Positions 25,620-33,133 of a DNA stretch of 43,134 nt are shown here, one piece after another. Where the stretch lies: IMG/VR virus record IMGVR_UViG_3300045988_126989. The stretch is one strand, 5' to 3'. Within the stretch, counting starts at the first letter, position 1, and each line of letters starts with the position of its first letter. The position numbers and the translations under genes are program-made. The notes below the pieces were generated by a model, which saw only the letters and a list, made by a program, of their open reading frames with translations, was not told where the DNA came from and did not search any database. Source of the DNA: a virus.

Positions 25620-25892
25620 ATGGAACTTTTAGAAATTAAATTATTGCATAAATATGCAAGAATAAGATCATATATGAATGATCTTATTTCAGGTAATTAC
25701 ATCATTTATGATTTTCTTTATGAATGTTTGGTGGATCATATTGAATCTTTTATTTTTGATCTTGCTTATATAGAAAATGAGAAAGTCATAAATATTTATT
25801 ATGATCAACTATTAAGCGATTCTAAACAAGTAAGTAACAAACTTTATACACTTGTTATAAATATTTTTGAAGATAATGAATGGAGGTTTTAA
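25620..25892 (+). CDS. Hypothetical protein (90 aa)
   Basis: AGGAGG 7 nt upstream of the ATG. Confidence 0.55.
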   Translation: MELLEIKLLHKYARIRSYMNDLISGNYIIYDFLYECLVDHIESFIFDLAYIENEKVINIYYDQLLSDSKQVSNKLYTLVINIFEDNEWRF

Positions 25893-25894
25893 AA

Positions 25895-26125
25895 ATGAAT
25901 AACAAAGAATATATTGAATTTACAGAAAAAAAACTAGATCGACTAAATGGATCTAGCTGCAAACCTTACACAATAACCAAACATTTAAACGGTTTATATG
26001 ATCTTAATTATGGTTTAGATACAATTGTGTGGATGCTTGAACCGCGCGAACTTTGGCTATTTGTAAATACTTTGTATACGTTGGATATTTTAGGAGGTCT
26101 TAAAAATGACAATATGGAAGCGTGA
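25895..26125 (+). CDS. Hypothetical protein (76 aa)
   Basis: ATG at 25895 lies 8 nt after GGAGG and is preferred over the track start at 25880. Confidence 0.55.
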   Translation: MNNKEYIEFTEKKLDRLNGSSCKPYTITKHLNGLYDLNYGLDTIVWMLEPRELWLFVNTLYTLDILGGLKNDNMEA

Positions 26126-26687
26126 GCGAACTCACTTTAACTACTATATTACAAATGAACGGAAACAACCCCACATTTATATTGAAGCGTTAGGAACTCC
26201 AAGCGCTTCAACTGAAAAAGTTTTAAAAGATCATGGTTTTAAATTTGATCATAATAAATGCATGTATGCAGCAGCTCAAACAAATGAATTAAGGCTTTTT
26301 GTCGCTCATGATCTTGACAAGCTTTTCAACTATGATATTCAAATATATTTCAATACAGAAGCGAAAAAAGAACTTTTCGCGCCTGATATCCAAGAAATAA
26401 AAGATATCTGTTATTTCTTCAAAATTTATAAATGCTATGTTGATATTTTAAACAAGGATCTTTTTAAGATTTGTAAACCAGGTTCAAAAAGCTTGCTAGC
26501 AACTTATAACACTTATTCAAAAACTATAGATGTTTTTAATAGAAACAAATTACAAGAAAGCTATATATACAAAAATGGTAAAATCAATAAAATGAGCGTT
26601 GAAAAAGCAGCGCCAAAGAAGAAGAAAAAAACAGCACTTACAGAACAACAAAAATTAAATGAAATGCTTGAAGCATTTCCATTTTAG
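26106..26687 (+). CDS. Hypothetical protein (193 aa) with a Lys-rich C-terminal segment
   Basis: AGGAGG 8 nt upstream. ..APKKKKKTALTEQQK.. No recognised domain. Confidence 0.6.
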   Translation: MTIWKRERTHFNYYITNERKQPHIYIEALGTPSASTEKVLKDHGFKFDHNKCMYAAAQTNELRLFVAHDLDKLFNYDIQIYFNTEAKKELFAPDIQEIKDICYFFKIYKCYVDILNKDLFKICKPGSKSLLATYNTYSKTIDVFNRNKLQESYIYKNGKINKMSVEKAAPKKKKKTALTEQQKLNEMLEAFPF

Positions 26688-26699
26688 GAGGTAAAGAAA

Positions 26700-27014
26700 A
26701 TGAAAAAAACTGTTAATGACATTAAAAATTTATGTAATTTATTGCAATATATGAGCCGTGAAGCCGGCTTATTCAGCAATGGATATATTAGTTATATATC
26801 AATTGGAAGATATGCAAAGTATGTTGATTTACATTTTATAAACGGATCTATTTACAACTTTGATTCATATACAAAAGCTTTTCTATATGATCAGCTTTTA
26901 AGATATGCAAAAAACCATCTAGAAAAATGGGATCAAAAAGAAAAAAGCAAGCGCGAAAAAAATCGCTTCAATCGCGCAAAAAGAGAACTTGAAAAAATTG
27001 AAAAGGACTTGTAA
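26700..27014 (+). CDS. Hypothetical protein (104 aa), basic coiled-coil tail
   Basis: AGGAGG RBS. Last gene before the terminator. Confidence 0.6.
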   Translation: MKKTVNDIKNLCNLLQYMSREAGLFSNGYISYISIGRYAKYVDLHFINGSIYNFDSYTKAFLYDQLLRYAKNHLEKWDQKEKSKREKNRFNRAKRELEKIEKDL

Positions 27015-27030
27015 AAAAGTCCTTTTTTTA
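27001..27030. terminator. Bidirectional terminator between the convergent plus-strand island and the early operon
   Basis: AAGGACTT-6nt-AAGTCCTT followed by T7. A-run upstream. Confidence 0.7.
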
Positions 27031-27035
27031 TACTT

Positions 27036-27586
27036 TCATTTTTTTATCTGCTTCTGGATCAGCTGTTTTTTAACCGGATTCGATGCGAAAAAGTTCATAA
27101 AAAGTTTAGTTTTAAACTCATATTCTTTTTGGTCCATTTCCTTTATATCCAAAACTCTTTTAAATATCACTATCGCGATAAAATTCGCAAACAAGTTTGC
27201 ATCTTTTTCTATTTCCTGATTCTCATAGTGTTCGTTGCTTGAATCCTTATAACTTTCAAATTCTTTTTTCCATATAGAAACGCTTCTTTCATCTATAGAA
27301 AACACTTTTTGATTCTTCTTATATACACATGCATATTGGTATAAATGTCTTATTTCATGTGCAAGATATATATATAAACTAAACTACTATCTATGGATGT
27401 ATTCAGGTTTACACAAATTACATTTTCTTTTGGGTATGATGTGCATATGCTTGTATCTTTTACTTGAAAAAGTTCTTTATTGACTGGTTTATGTTTAAGA
27501 TCATAAACCTTATCATTTGCTTTAAAGTAAACTTTTGGAATCTTTATATTTAATAGTGTGCATAGAAAACTTACATAATCATTCAT
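27036..27586 (-). pseudogene. ImmA/IrrE-type (Peptidase_M78-like) HExxH metalloprotease split by a frameshift in a TA repeat
   Basis: Track ORFs 27350-27586 and 27036-27305 join in another frame: ..SSLVYIY|LAHEIRHLYQ...NQEIEKDANLFANF (HExxH plus an E.E.AN.FA-like motif). Removing one TA from 27366-27376 restores one ORF of about 180 aa. Confidence 0.6.
27366..27376. repeat. (TA)5T dinucleotide tract at the frameshift point
   Basis: Minus strand reads TATATATATAT. A change of -2 or +1 nt fuses the two reading frames. Confidence 0.8.
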
Positions 27587-28242
27587 GCATCCATTATATC
27601 TGAAAAACTTTATTTTGAAAAACTTATTTATCTAGAATCAAAAAAACTTTTTCTAATTGTTCTTGAGAAGTTGGAAAAAACTTTTGAGATTCTTTTTCAT
27701 GCTTGCATAGAATCGAACCGTCAAAAAACTTTTCCAGCAACTGATAAAACTTTTCTTTCTTCACATAATAAACATAATTCACAGACACATCTTCATCATC
27801 ATGCGCATTGTATTCAAAAACTTTTTCAACCATCTTAGAACAAATAACACCAATCTGTACATTATCATACTTTATAAAAACTTCTTTATAAGAAAACCTA
27901 TTTTCGTCCATTTCATCACTCCTAAAAAACTTTCTACATATCAAACAATACTCTTAAAAACTTTGCATATTCTTTTTCTGATTTCAGATAAAACTTATTA
28001 CATCCATCCATGATATCTTCATAGTTGCAAGTCTCAATTTCATTATCCAAAAACTTTCTATATAAACTTTTGAATTGCGATTCACAAATATAATGCTCAG
28101 CCACTAGTATATCATTCTCATAATGACACCTTATAAACTTATAATGTGCCATATAAATACATGCAACATTATTTCCATATTGCACAAATAAACTTTCTAT
28201 ATCACGAATCAGAAAAAACTTTTTCACTTCTGATAAAAACTT
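27566..28242 (-). repeat. Dispersed same-orientation array of AAAACTT(T) (minus strand AAAGTTTT)
   Basis: 15 exact AAAACTT plus 3 ATAAACTT counted by eye in 677 bp, with irregular spacing. They occur in intergenic DNA and in at least two different reading frames. Confidence 0.75.
27624..27944 (-). CDS. Hypothetical protein (106 aa), weak paralog of 27934-28248
   Basis: Shares FIKYDNV.. / FVQYGNN.. and ..KFYQLLEKFFD / ..FKSLYRKFLD segments with its neighbour. Confidence 0.5.
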   Translation of the reverse strand: MICRKFFRSDEMDENRFSYKEVFIKYDNVQIGVICSKMVEKVFEYNAHDDEDVSVNYVYYVKKEKFYQLLEKFFDGSILCKHEKESQKFFPTSQEQLEKVFLILDK

Positions 28243-28248
28243 TCTCAC
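27934..28248 (-). CDS. Hypothetical protein (104 aa), weak paralog of 27624-27944
   Basis: See the paralog entry. Overlaps the downstream start by 11 nt. Confidence 0.5.
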   Translation of the reverse strand: MRKFLSEVKKFFLIRDIESLFVQYGNNVACIYMAHYKFIRCHYENDILVAEHYICESQFKSLYRKFLDNEIETCNYEDIMDGCNKFYLKSEKEYAKFLRVLFDM

Positions 28249-28261
28249 AATATCACTCCTA

Positions 28262-28606
28262 TCAACCAGCGGTCATTTCCGCATAAAAATCATAATAACA
28301 TTTACCTAAATACATCCGGCCATTATTGAAATGCGTTCTTAAATAAAACATTACTTTTTCAAAATTCTGCCGATCAAGCGCTATAATTCTTTTAAATCCA
28401 TCACGTCCATGAGCATCTTGTCTATATCTATACTTTATTCCATCGTTGACAATAAACTTATCAAACTTTTTATATTTTGTTTTGGTGAGATTATATTCAT
28501 AACCCCATCCTTCATCATTATGCAAAATTATAAACCATCTGTTATAGCACGGCATGATTTTTAAGTATCCAACACTTTCCATGATACCGTTCCTATTTAT
28601 CTGCAA
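28262..28606 (-). CDS. Hypothetical protein (114 aa)
   Basis: Intact ORF in the early operon. No motif recognised. Confidence 0.5.
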   Translation of the reverse strand: MQINRNGIMESVGYLKIMPCYNRWFIILHNDEGWGYEYNLTKTKYKKFDKFIVNDGIKYRYRQDAHGRDGFKRIIALDRQNFEKVMFYLRTHFNNGRMYLGKCYYDFYAEMTAG

Positions 28607-28868
28607 TCGTTTCTACAAAACAATTATAATAAACATATCTTTTCCCATCATAATCAAATTTTACATATCCACCATCATTTGTTTCAATATCAATTCTTCC
28701 CTCATAGCTAGCTATAATTTTTCCATCTGCTGTATACACATTGATTATTCTATTCAATCCACCATTCAAATCGGATTTTATATCAGTACCCCAACGATCC
28801 ATAGATGCACATCCAAATAAGGAAATGCTAATCATTCCAACCATTAATAATTTGTATAATTTATTCAT
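28593..28868 (-). CDS. Lipoprotein (91 aa), paralog of 29212-29613
   Basis: Start moved to ATG 28868 (AGAGGA RBS). Signal peptide MNKLYKLLMVGMISISLFGC (lipobox LFGC). Shared motif EGRIDIETNDGG. Confidence 0.65.
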   Translation of the reverse strand: MNKLYKLLMVGMISISLFGCASMDRWGTDIKSDLNGGLNRIINVYTADGKIIASYEGRIDIETNDGGYVKFDYDGKRYVYYNCFVETIADK

Positions 28869-28908
28869 TTTATTCCTCTTTTCTTTGACAACCCTATAAA
28901 GCATACAT

Positions 28909-29073
28909 TTATTCAAATTCAACAAATCTTGTATCTTTCACTTTCCCGCATTTCAAACACACAAGATACTGAGTCTCACCGCTGATACAATGAAACATCT
29001 CATTCTTTACACACCAAGTAAATTCATGCTTACAGAATAATCTTTTAAAAAACCATTTAATTTTGTTTATCAT
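28909..29073 (-). CDS. Small Cys-rich (zinc-ribbon-like) protein, 54 aa
   Basis: MINKIKWFFKRLFCKHEFTWCVKNEMFHCISGETQYLVCLKCGKVKDTRFVEFE. Purine-rich but weak RBS. Below the track cutoff. Confidence 0.3.
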   Translation of the reverse strand: MINKIKWFFKRLFCKHEFTWCVKNEMFHCISGETQYLVCLKCGKVKDTRFVEFE

Positions 29074-29093
29074 CTGAACTTCTTTCTATGTCC

Positions 29094-29150
29094 GATAACT
29101 ATATATTATCAGACCAACTACAAACCTTTTAAAAGCCTAGTAAATAGGCT
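29094..29150. repeat. Copy A of the 57-bp repeated module, including a minus-strand terminator hairpin
   Basis: GATAACTATATATTATCAGACCAA ... AAAAGCCTAGTAAATAGGC. On the minus strand, AGCCTA-tttac-TAGGCT then UUUUAAAA, downstream of the lipoprotein stop. Confidence 0.65.
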
Positions 29151-29211
29151 ACTTTATAACACTTTTCTAAAATAAAAACTTTATGAATTTTTGAGCCATG
29201 CTGTAATGTGT

Positions 29212-29613
29212 TTATTTATTTGTATCTTCTACGTTAATCAAGCCATGTTCAATCGTTTCTTTAGCAGGAAAGAATGTTATTTTATATCCATACGGATTTT
29301 CTTTTACCGAATCGGTCTGAATACTTGTATATGTAACATCTTTTGATAAATGTGCATAAAACAATTTATATTTATCTTTTCCAGTTTTAATCGTTACATT
29401 CAAATCGCCATCACTATCTGTTTCAATAGATATTTTTCCTTCAACAGAAAACAATGGTTCATTTGTTCTAGTATTTAATGCCACAACCTTTCTCGATATT
29501 TTAAAGTTGTTTGCATCCACTCTTAAATTATGATTAGCTGTATCTGATTCTTGGCATCCCGCCAAACCTAGACACATTGTCATTCCTAAAATTGCACATA
29601 ATATTTTTTTCAT
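29212..29613 (-). CDS. Lipoprotein (133 aa)
   Basis: MKKILCAILGMTMCLGLAGC (lipobox LAGC). Motif EGKISIETDSDGD is shared with 28593-28868. Confidence 0.7.
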   Translation of the reverse strand: MKKILCAILGMTMCLGLAGCQESDTANHNLRVDANNFKISRKVVALNTRTNEPLFSVEGKISIETDSDGDLNVTIKTGKDKYKLFYAHLSKDVTYTSIQTDSVKENPYGYKITFFPAKETIEHGLINVEDTNK

Positions 29614-30077
29614 TTGTTCAAATCTCCCATAATGAGCTTTTTAAGCTCTTTTTTCATCGCGTAATACATTTTCATTCTGCTACAGAACTTTTCGCCTGAA
29701 AGCTTCTCAAATGATTCTCCGTTGACATAATGACGTTTCATATATAAACGAATATCATCATCTGGAATAAGATCAATAATTGTTTCAATTTCTCTCATCT
29801 TTCCTAAGATAAGATTCTTATCATCTTCAAGCACTTTTTCTTTTGAAATAAACTTTACAAGAACATCATTTGTAATATCCTTGTTCTTTTTTGAATCCAA
29901 CCTTTGTTCAAATGATGGAGATTTTGGATCTGAAAATTCTTTTTTTCGAACTTCCAAATCCTTTAAAATTCCATCCAACGATTTAAACTTTCTTTCATAG
30001 ATTTTGAACATTTCAAGCTTTTTAATTAATGCATCCACTTGAACATCTACATATTCTTCATAATCCGTTTTACTCAT
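29610..30077 (-). CDS. Candidate late-gene transcriptional activator (sigma-70 region-4-like C-terminus; ArpU/RinA-type by architecture)
   Basis: 155 aa. C-terminus ..DDDIRLYMKRHYVNGESFEKLSGEKFCSRMKMYYAMKKELKKL fits a region-4-like HTH. The family assignment is not verified. Confidence 0.4.
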   Translation of the reverse strand: MSKTDYEEYVDVQVDALIKKLEMFKIYERKFKSLDGILKDLEVRKKEFSDPKSPSFEQRLDSKKNKDITNDVLVKFISKEKVLEDDKNLILGKMREIETIIDLIPDDDIRLYMKRHYVNGESFEKLSGEKFCSRMKMYYAMKKELKKLIMGDLNK

Positions 30078-30209
30078 TTTCTCTCCTATGCAATCTCTTC
30101 AATTTCCTCAATGCTGCATGATGGATGTTTCATATAGAACTTATACATTGCCATACTTTTTGACTCTTCATGAACTTCCATCACACAAATATTATTGTCT
30201 TTGATATAT

Positions 30210-30422
30210 TTAATTCTGTATTTCTTTAACACCTTTATATCCTAACCTTTCTAATTCTTTTTTTCTTTCTTCATTTTCTCTTACTTTCAGCCATGTACAT
30301 CCTTCAACAAACCAATCATCTCCATACATGTCAAAAATCAGTTTCATAGTATAAGAGTAAACATCTTCTTCGCCTAAGTGATCTACAATAAAAGCTAATT
30401 CTTCTCTTGGTATTAATTTCAT
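30210..30422 (-). CDS. Hypothetical protein (70 aa)
   Basis: Intact ORF with a 4-nt overlap with the upstream gene. Confidence 0.5.
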   Translation of the reverse strand: MKLIPREELAFIVDHLGEEDVYSYTMKLIFDMYGDDWFVEGCTWLKVRENEERKKELERLGYKGVKEIQN

Positions 30423-30613
30423 TTTGTTTCCTCAAATCCATCATACAAATATTCTTTATTCACCTTATTTTTTAAATCCATAATTTCCATTTTTTGTGCT
30501 GCAATCATATTTTCTAAACTTGTAATCTGCGATACCATTGCACAACTACATACAATCAATCCGCATATAGCACCTAACATCAATCCTATTGTAAACCACA
30601 TATTAGAAACCAC
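30419..30613 (-). CDS. Small membrane protein (60-64 aa)
   Basis: TM helix WFTIGLMLGAICGLIVCSCAMV plus a short coiled coil. Start is either GTG 30613 or ATG 30601. Confidence 0.45.
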   Translation of the reverse strand: MVSNMWFTIGLMLGAICGLIVCSCAMVSQITSLENMIAAQKMEIMDLKNKVNKEYLYDGFEETK

Positions 30614-30749
30614 TCTCCAACGGATTACCTGATGGTGCGTTCAATCCATATAATGTTGCATATACAATAACTGCATATACAACATAAAGTACTGTACAAG
30701 GAATAATAAGATTCAGGTTCTTAATAATTGATTTTTTAATTTTATTCAT
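30603..30749 (-). CDS. Small membrane protein (48 aa)
   Basis: MNKIKKSIIKNLNLIIPCTVLYVVYAVIVYATLYGLNAPSGNPLESGF. Its ATG overlaps the upstream stop (ATGAATAA). Below the track cutoff. Confidence 0.3.
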   Translation of the reverse strand: MNKIKKSIIKNLNLIIPCTVLYVVYAVIVYATLYGLNAPSGNPLESGF

Positions 30750-31038
30750 CATCATTTAAATATTCAAACTCTTTCATTAACTCATCCTTTGTTTTTTCAA
30801 ACTCTGATTCGATTTGTTTCTGTACATCAATCTTAGTTTGTTTAAACCATTTCTTTTTGAACTTAGTAACTGTTTCACGATAACGTTTTTCATCACAGTC
30901 ACACGACTGCCACCATTCTAAATCGTGTAGCACTTTAACTAAATCTTTCATCATTTCATTTAATTGAGAATCGAACATTCTGTTAACACATTCTTCTTCA
31001 ACTTTGCAATACACATAGCTGTAACTTCCACCACTCAT
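30742..31038 (-). CDS. Hypothetical protein (98 aa)
   Basis: Intact ORF in the early operon. Confidence 0.55.
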   Translation of the reverse strand: MSGGSYSYVYCKVEEECVNRMFDSQLNEMMKDLVKVLHDLEWWQSCDCDEKRYRETVTKFKKKWFKQTKIDVQKQIESEFEKTKDELMKEFEYLNDDE

Positions 31039-31053
31039 TAGTTAATCTCCTTT

Positions 31054-31452
31054 TCAATCGACAATCTTCCTGCCGCAATTTGGACAATATCTCGGTGCGT
31101 ATTCTTTCATACATCTATCTTCTGGATAATCTTCATCAATTTCGATTTCGTTATAATTTTCGATAATAATTCCACAATTTGAACATTCAAATCCATCTAC
31201 TAAATTATATTCTGATTCGTTTGTACAAGTTTCTTCTTCTAACCACCCAAGCTCTTCACATTGTTTATTAATCGCTTTTACCAATTTACAGTCTAAGAAT
31301 TCGTACCCTAAACCATGTTGTGTTGAAATTCCAACTCCTGTTGTGCAAAAGTTTACCCATGTAAATGGGTCATTCTTCTTGATATACACAGGACTTATGC
31401 ATTCATCACATTTTTTGTATCCTAATTTTTCAAACATTTCTTTTGCATTCAT
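31054..31452 (-). CDS. Hypothetical protein with a C-terminal zinc ribbon (132 aa)
   Basis: CSNCG...CPNCGRK Cys pairs. Confidence 0.55.
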   Translation of the reverse strand: MNAKEMFEKLGYKKCDECISPVYIKKNDPFTWVNFCTTGVGISTQHGLGYEFLDCKLVKAINKQCEELGWLEEETCTNESEYNLVDGFECSNCGIIIENYNEIEIDEDYPEDRCMKEYAPRYCPNCGRKIVD

Positions 31453-31506
31453 AAGTATATTTACCTCCTATTTAAAAAACTGCAAGAATCATACTGATAA
31501 TACTAA

Positions 31507-31740
31507 TCACCAAAATAAACGATTTAATTCTTTCTTCAAAACGATTTGGTTTGCCTTTCTTTCTACAATTTTGTGCAAACTACATATTCTGCTATTATCA
31601 ACTTCTGATAAGCAGTCAGATTCTTTTAAAACATTCTCCAACTCATCTTTATACTTTTTTAGACATTCTGTGTCATCTTCAATTTCTATAGTGTACATTT
31701 CAATTAAAGAATCAAGTTCTTCAATCCTTGTTTTAATCAT
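31507..31740 (-). CDS. Hypothetical coiled-coil protein (77 aa)
   Basis: Intact ORF with a 4-nt overlap. Confidence 0.5.
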   Translation of the reverse strand: MIKTRIEELDSLIEMYTIEIEDDTECLKKYKDELENVLKESDCLSEVDNSRICSLHKIVERKANQIVLKKELNRLFW

Positions 31741-31970
31741 TGTTCTTGCTCCTTTAGCTTTTTAACAAATTCATCAGTTTCTTTTTTGATTTGCACCATT
31801 CTTTTAAGTTTTCTCAAACTTGCGTTTTGCTTTTTTCTCAGTTTATTCATAATTAATTCTTGTTCTTTTTTTGAATCATCCTCAAGCATTTGTCTAAATT
31901 GTTCTTTAACCTTTTTTTTATACTCTTCTTCTGTGAATCTGTTTTTTTCTAATAATTCTTTTTCTTCCAT
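31737..31970 (-). CDS. Hypothetical Lys/Glu-rich coiled-coil protein (77 aa)
   Basis: Intact ORF, charged heptads. Confidence 0.5.
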   Translation of the reverse strand: MEEKELLEKNRFTEEEYKKKVKEQFRQMLEDDSKKEQELIMNKLRKKQNASLRKLKRMVQIKKETDEFVKKLKEQEQ

Positions 31971-31990
31971 TTAAAAATCATCCTCCTTGT

Positions 31991-32413
31991 TTATTTTTCC
32001 TTTTCAAAATAAAACTTAATTTTCTTCTTATGCTCTTCAATCAATCCGTATTTCAACGCCAAGCGATATATGAATGGCTTCTGCAACCTTTCATGTAATG
32101 TTTCTAACCGTTTTCGCAAATATTCAATATCGGCTATTCCTTTATAGAAATTACACATTCTACAACTAGGCAAAAGGTTGTCTATATTGTTATCGCCATT
32201 TCCATATACTGATTTAACATGGTCTACCTGCATATCTTTGTAATCTAATTCACATCCGCAATAGGCACAATGACCGTTGTATTTTTGGTAGACTTGTTCT
32301 CTGATTTTTTTGGTATTGGCTTCCTTGTCATACTTCCACCTCCTCATCTTGTGGCATTTGATAAATTTCTTTCCATTCTTTTGTAAAAAATCTCCTCGTA
32401 CAATTTGCGTCAT
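31991..32413 (-). CDS. HNH endonuclease (second copy, early region)
   Basis: HCAYCGCELDYKDMQVDHVKSV..NIDNLLPSCRMCNFYKG. Start uncertain; an internal ATG at 32347 is possible. Confidence 0.75.
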   Translation of the reverse strand: MTQIVRGDFLQKNGKKFIKCHKMRRWKYDKEANTKKIREQVYQKYNGHCAYCGCELDYKDMQVDHVKSVYGNGDNNIDNLLPSCRMCNFYKGIADIEYLRKRLETLHERLQKPFIYRLALKYGLIEEHKKKIKFYFEKEK

Positions 32414-32603
32414 CAGTATGATAATGATGCTCAGTCATAATACAAGTTTGAATTTCGTCTAATACTTTTAAAGCTTTTTCCTTGGTTGAATATATTCCTA
32501 ATGTACAACCATTCCCTACAATGTATATTCCAATTTCAAATTGCTCAATTACAAAACGATTAACATCGTGTAATTGCATTCTATTCTGACTTCTAATCCA
32601 CAT
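32328..32603 (-). CDS. Hypothetical protein (91 aa)
   Basis: Intact ORF of a common small phage-protein type. No function recognised. Confidence 0.5.
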   Translation of the reverse strand: MWIRSQNRMQLHDVNRFVIEQFEIGIYIVGNGCTLGIYSTKEKALKVLDEIQTCIMTEHHYHTDDANCTRRFFTKEWKEIYQMPQDEEVEV

Positions 32604-32605
32604 AC

Positions 32606-33121
32606 CTAGTATCCCTCTTTCAATCTTTGATAATTCACTTTGTTTTTGTCACAATATGCTTTATGCACATCTTCAATCGTGAAACCTAGGTATTCAGTGA
32701 TTGCGATTAGTCTTTCAAGCTTTTCTGATTTAATGCTCGGTACATCTGCAAGTAAACAAATAATTCCAGTTTTAAAAGCTTTAATTTCAGAAAGCCATGT
32801 TATAGCATCGTCAATCATTTGTTCTTCTGCTCTCAATCCCTCTTCACAACTACCGAAATGATTTTGATAACTTAAAACAAAATGCCAAACATCAACTAAT
32901 TCGCCTAGCACCTTGCTTTTATCAACTTTTGGTTGTGTTTTCTTCCACCAACACCAATTACCTTTTAATTCGTGTGTTAATTCTCCAACTTCGTCTAGAA
33001 TTGCGAAACTAAGTTTTGTTTCGTCAATTTCAGTCAATCCGTATTCTTTCATAATTGCTTCATCTAGTTTAGCTTGCATTTGAAGCATTTCTTTTATTAA
33101 ATCAATATCTTTACTTGTCAT
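32606..33121 (-). CDS. dut: Dimeric (all-alpha, dUTPase_2-type) dUTP diphosphatase
   Basis: 171 aa. ..ILDEVGELTHELK..WKK..LGELVDVWHFVLS...AYCDKNKVNYQRLKEGY matches the pattern of dimeric phage Duts. Confidence 0.75.
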   Translation of the reverse strand: MTSKDIDLIKEMLQMQAKLDEAIMKEYGLTEIDETKLSFAILDEVGELTHELKGNWCWWKKTQPKVDKSKVLGELVDVWHFVLSYQNHFGSCEEGLRAEEQMIDDAITWLSEIKAFKTGIICLLADVPSIKSEKLERLIAITEYLGFTIEDVHKAYCDKNKVNYQRLKEGY

Positions 33122-33133
33122 TTGTTTCTCCTT

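Noticed and set aside
26989-27219. 76-aa plus-strand ORF crossing the bidirectional terminator. Also considered here: 31343-31765 (+), 33203-34118 (+), 35007-35551 (+), 36751-36972 (+), 37839-38024 (+), 38203-38508 (+), 41846-42150 (+), 42661-43086 (+).
   Set aside because: All are antisense to supported genes or span terminators. They are low-complexity, hydrophobic artefact-like sequences without RBSs.
27566-28242. CRISPR array interpretation of the AAAACTT repeats.
   Set aside because: The repeat unit is only 7-9 nt, the spacing is irregular (14-90 nt) and it overlaps intact ORFs. It is not CRISPR-like.
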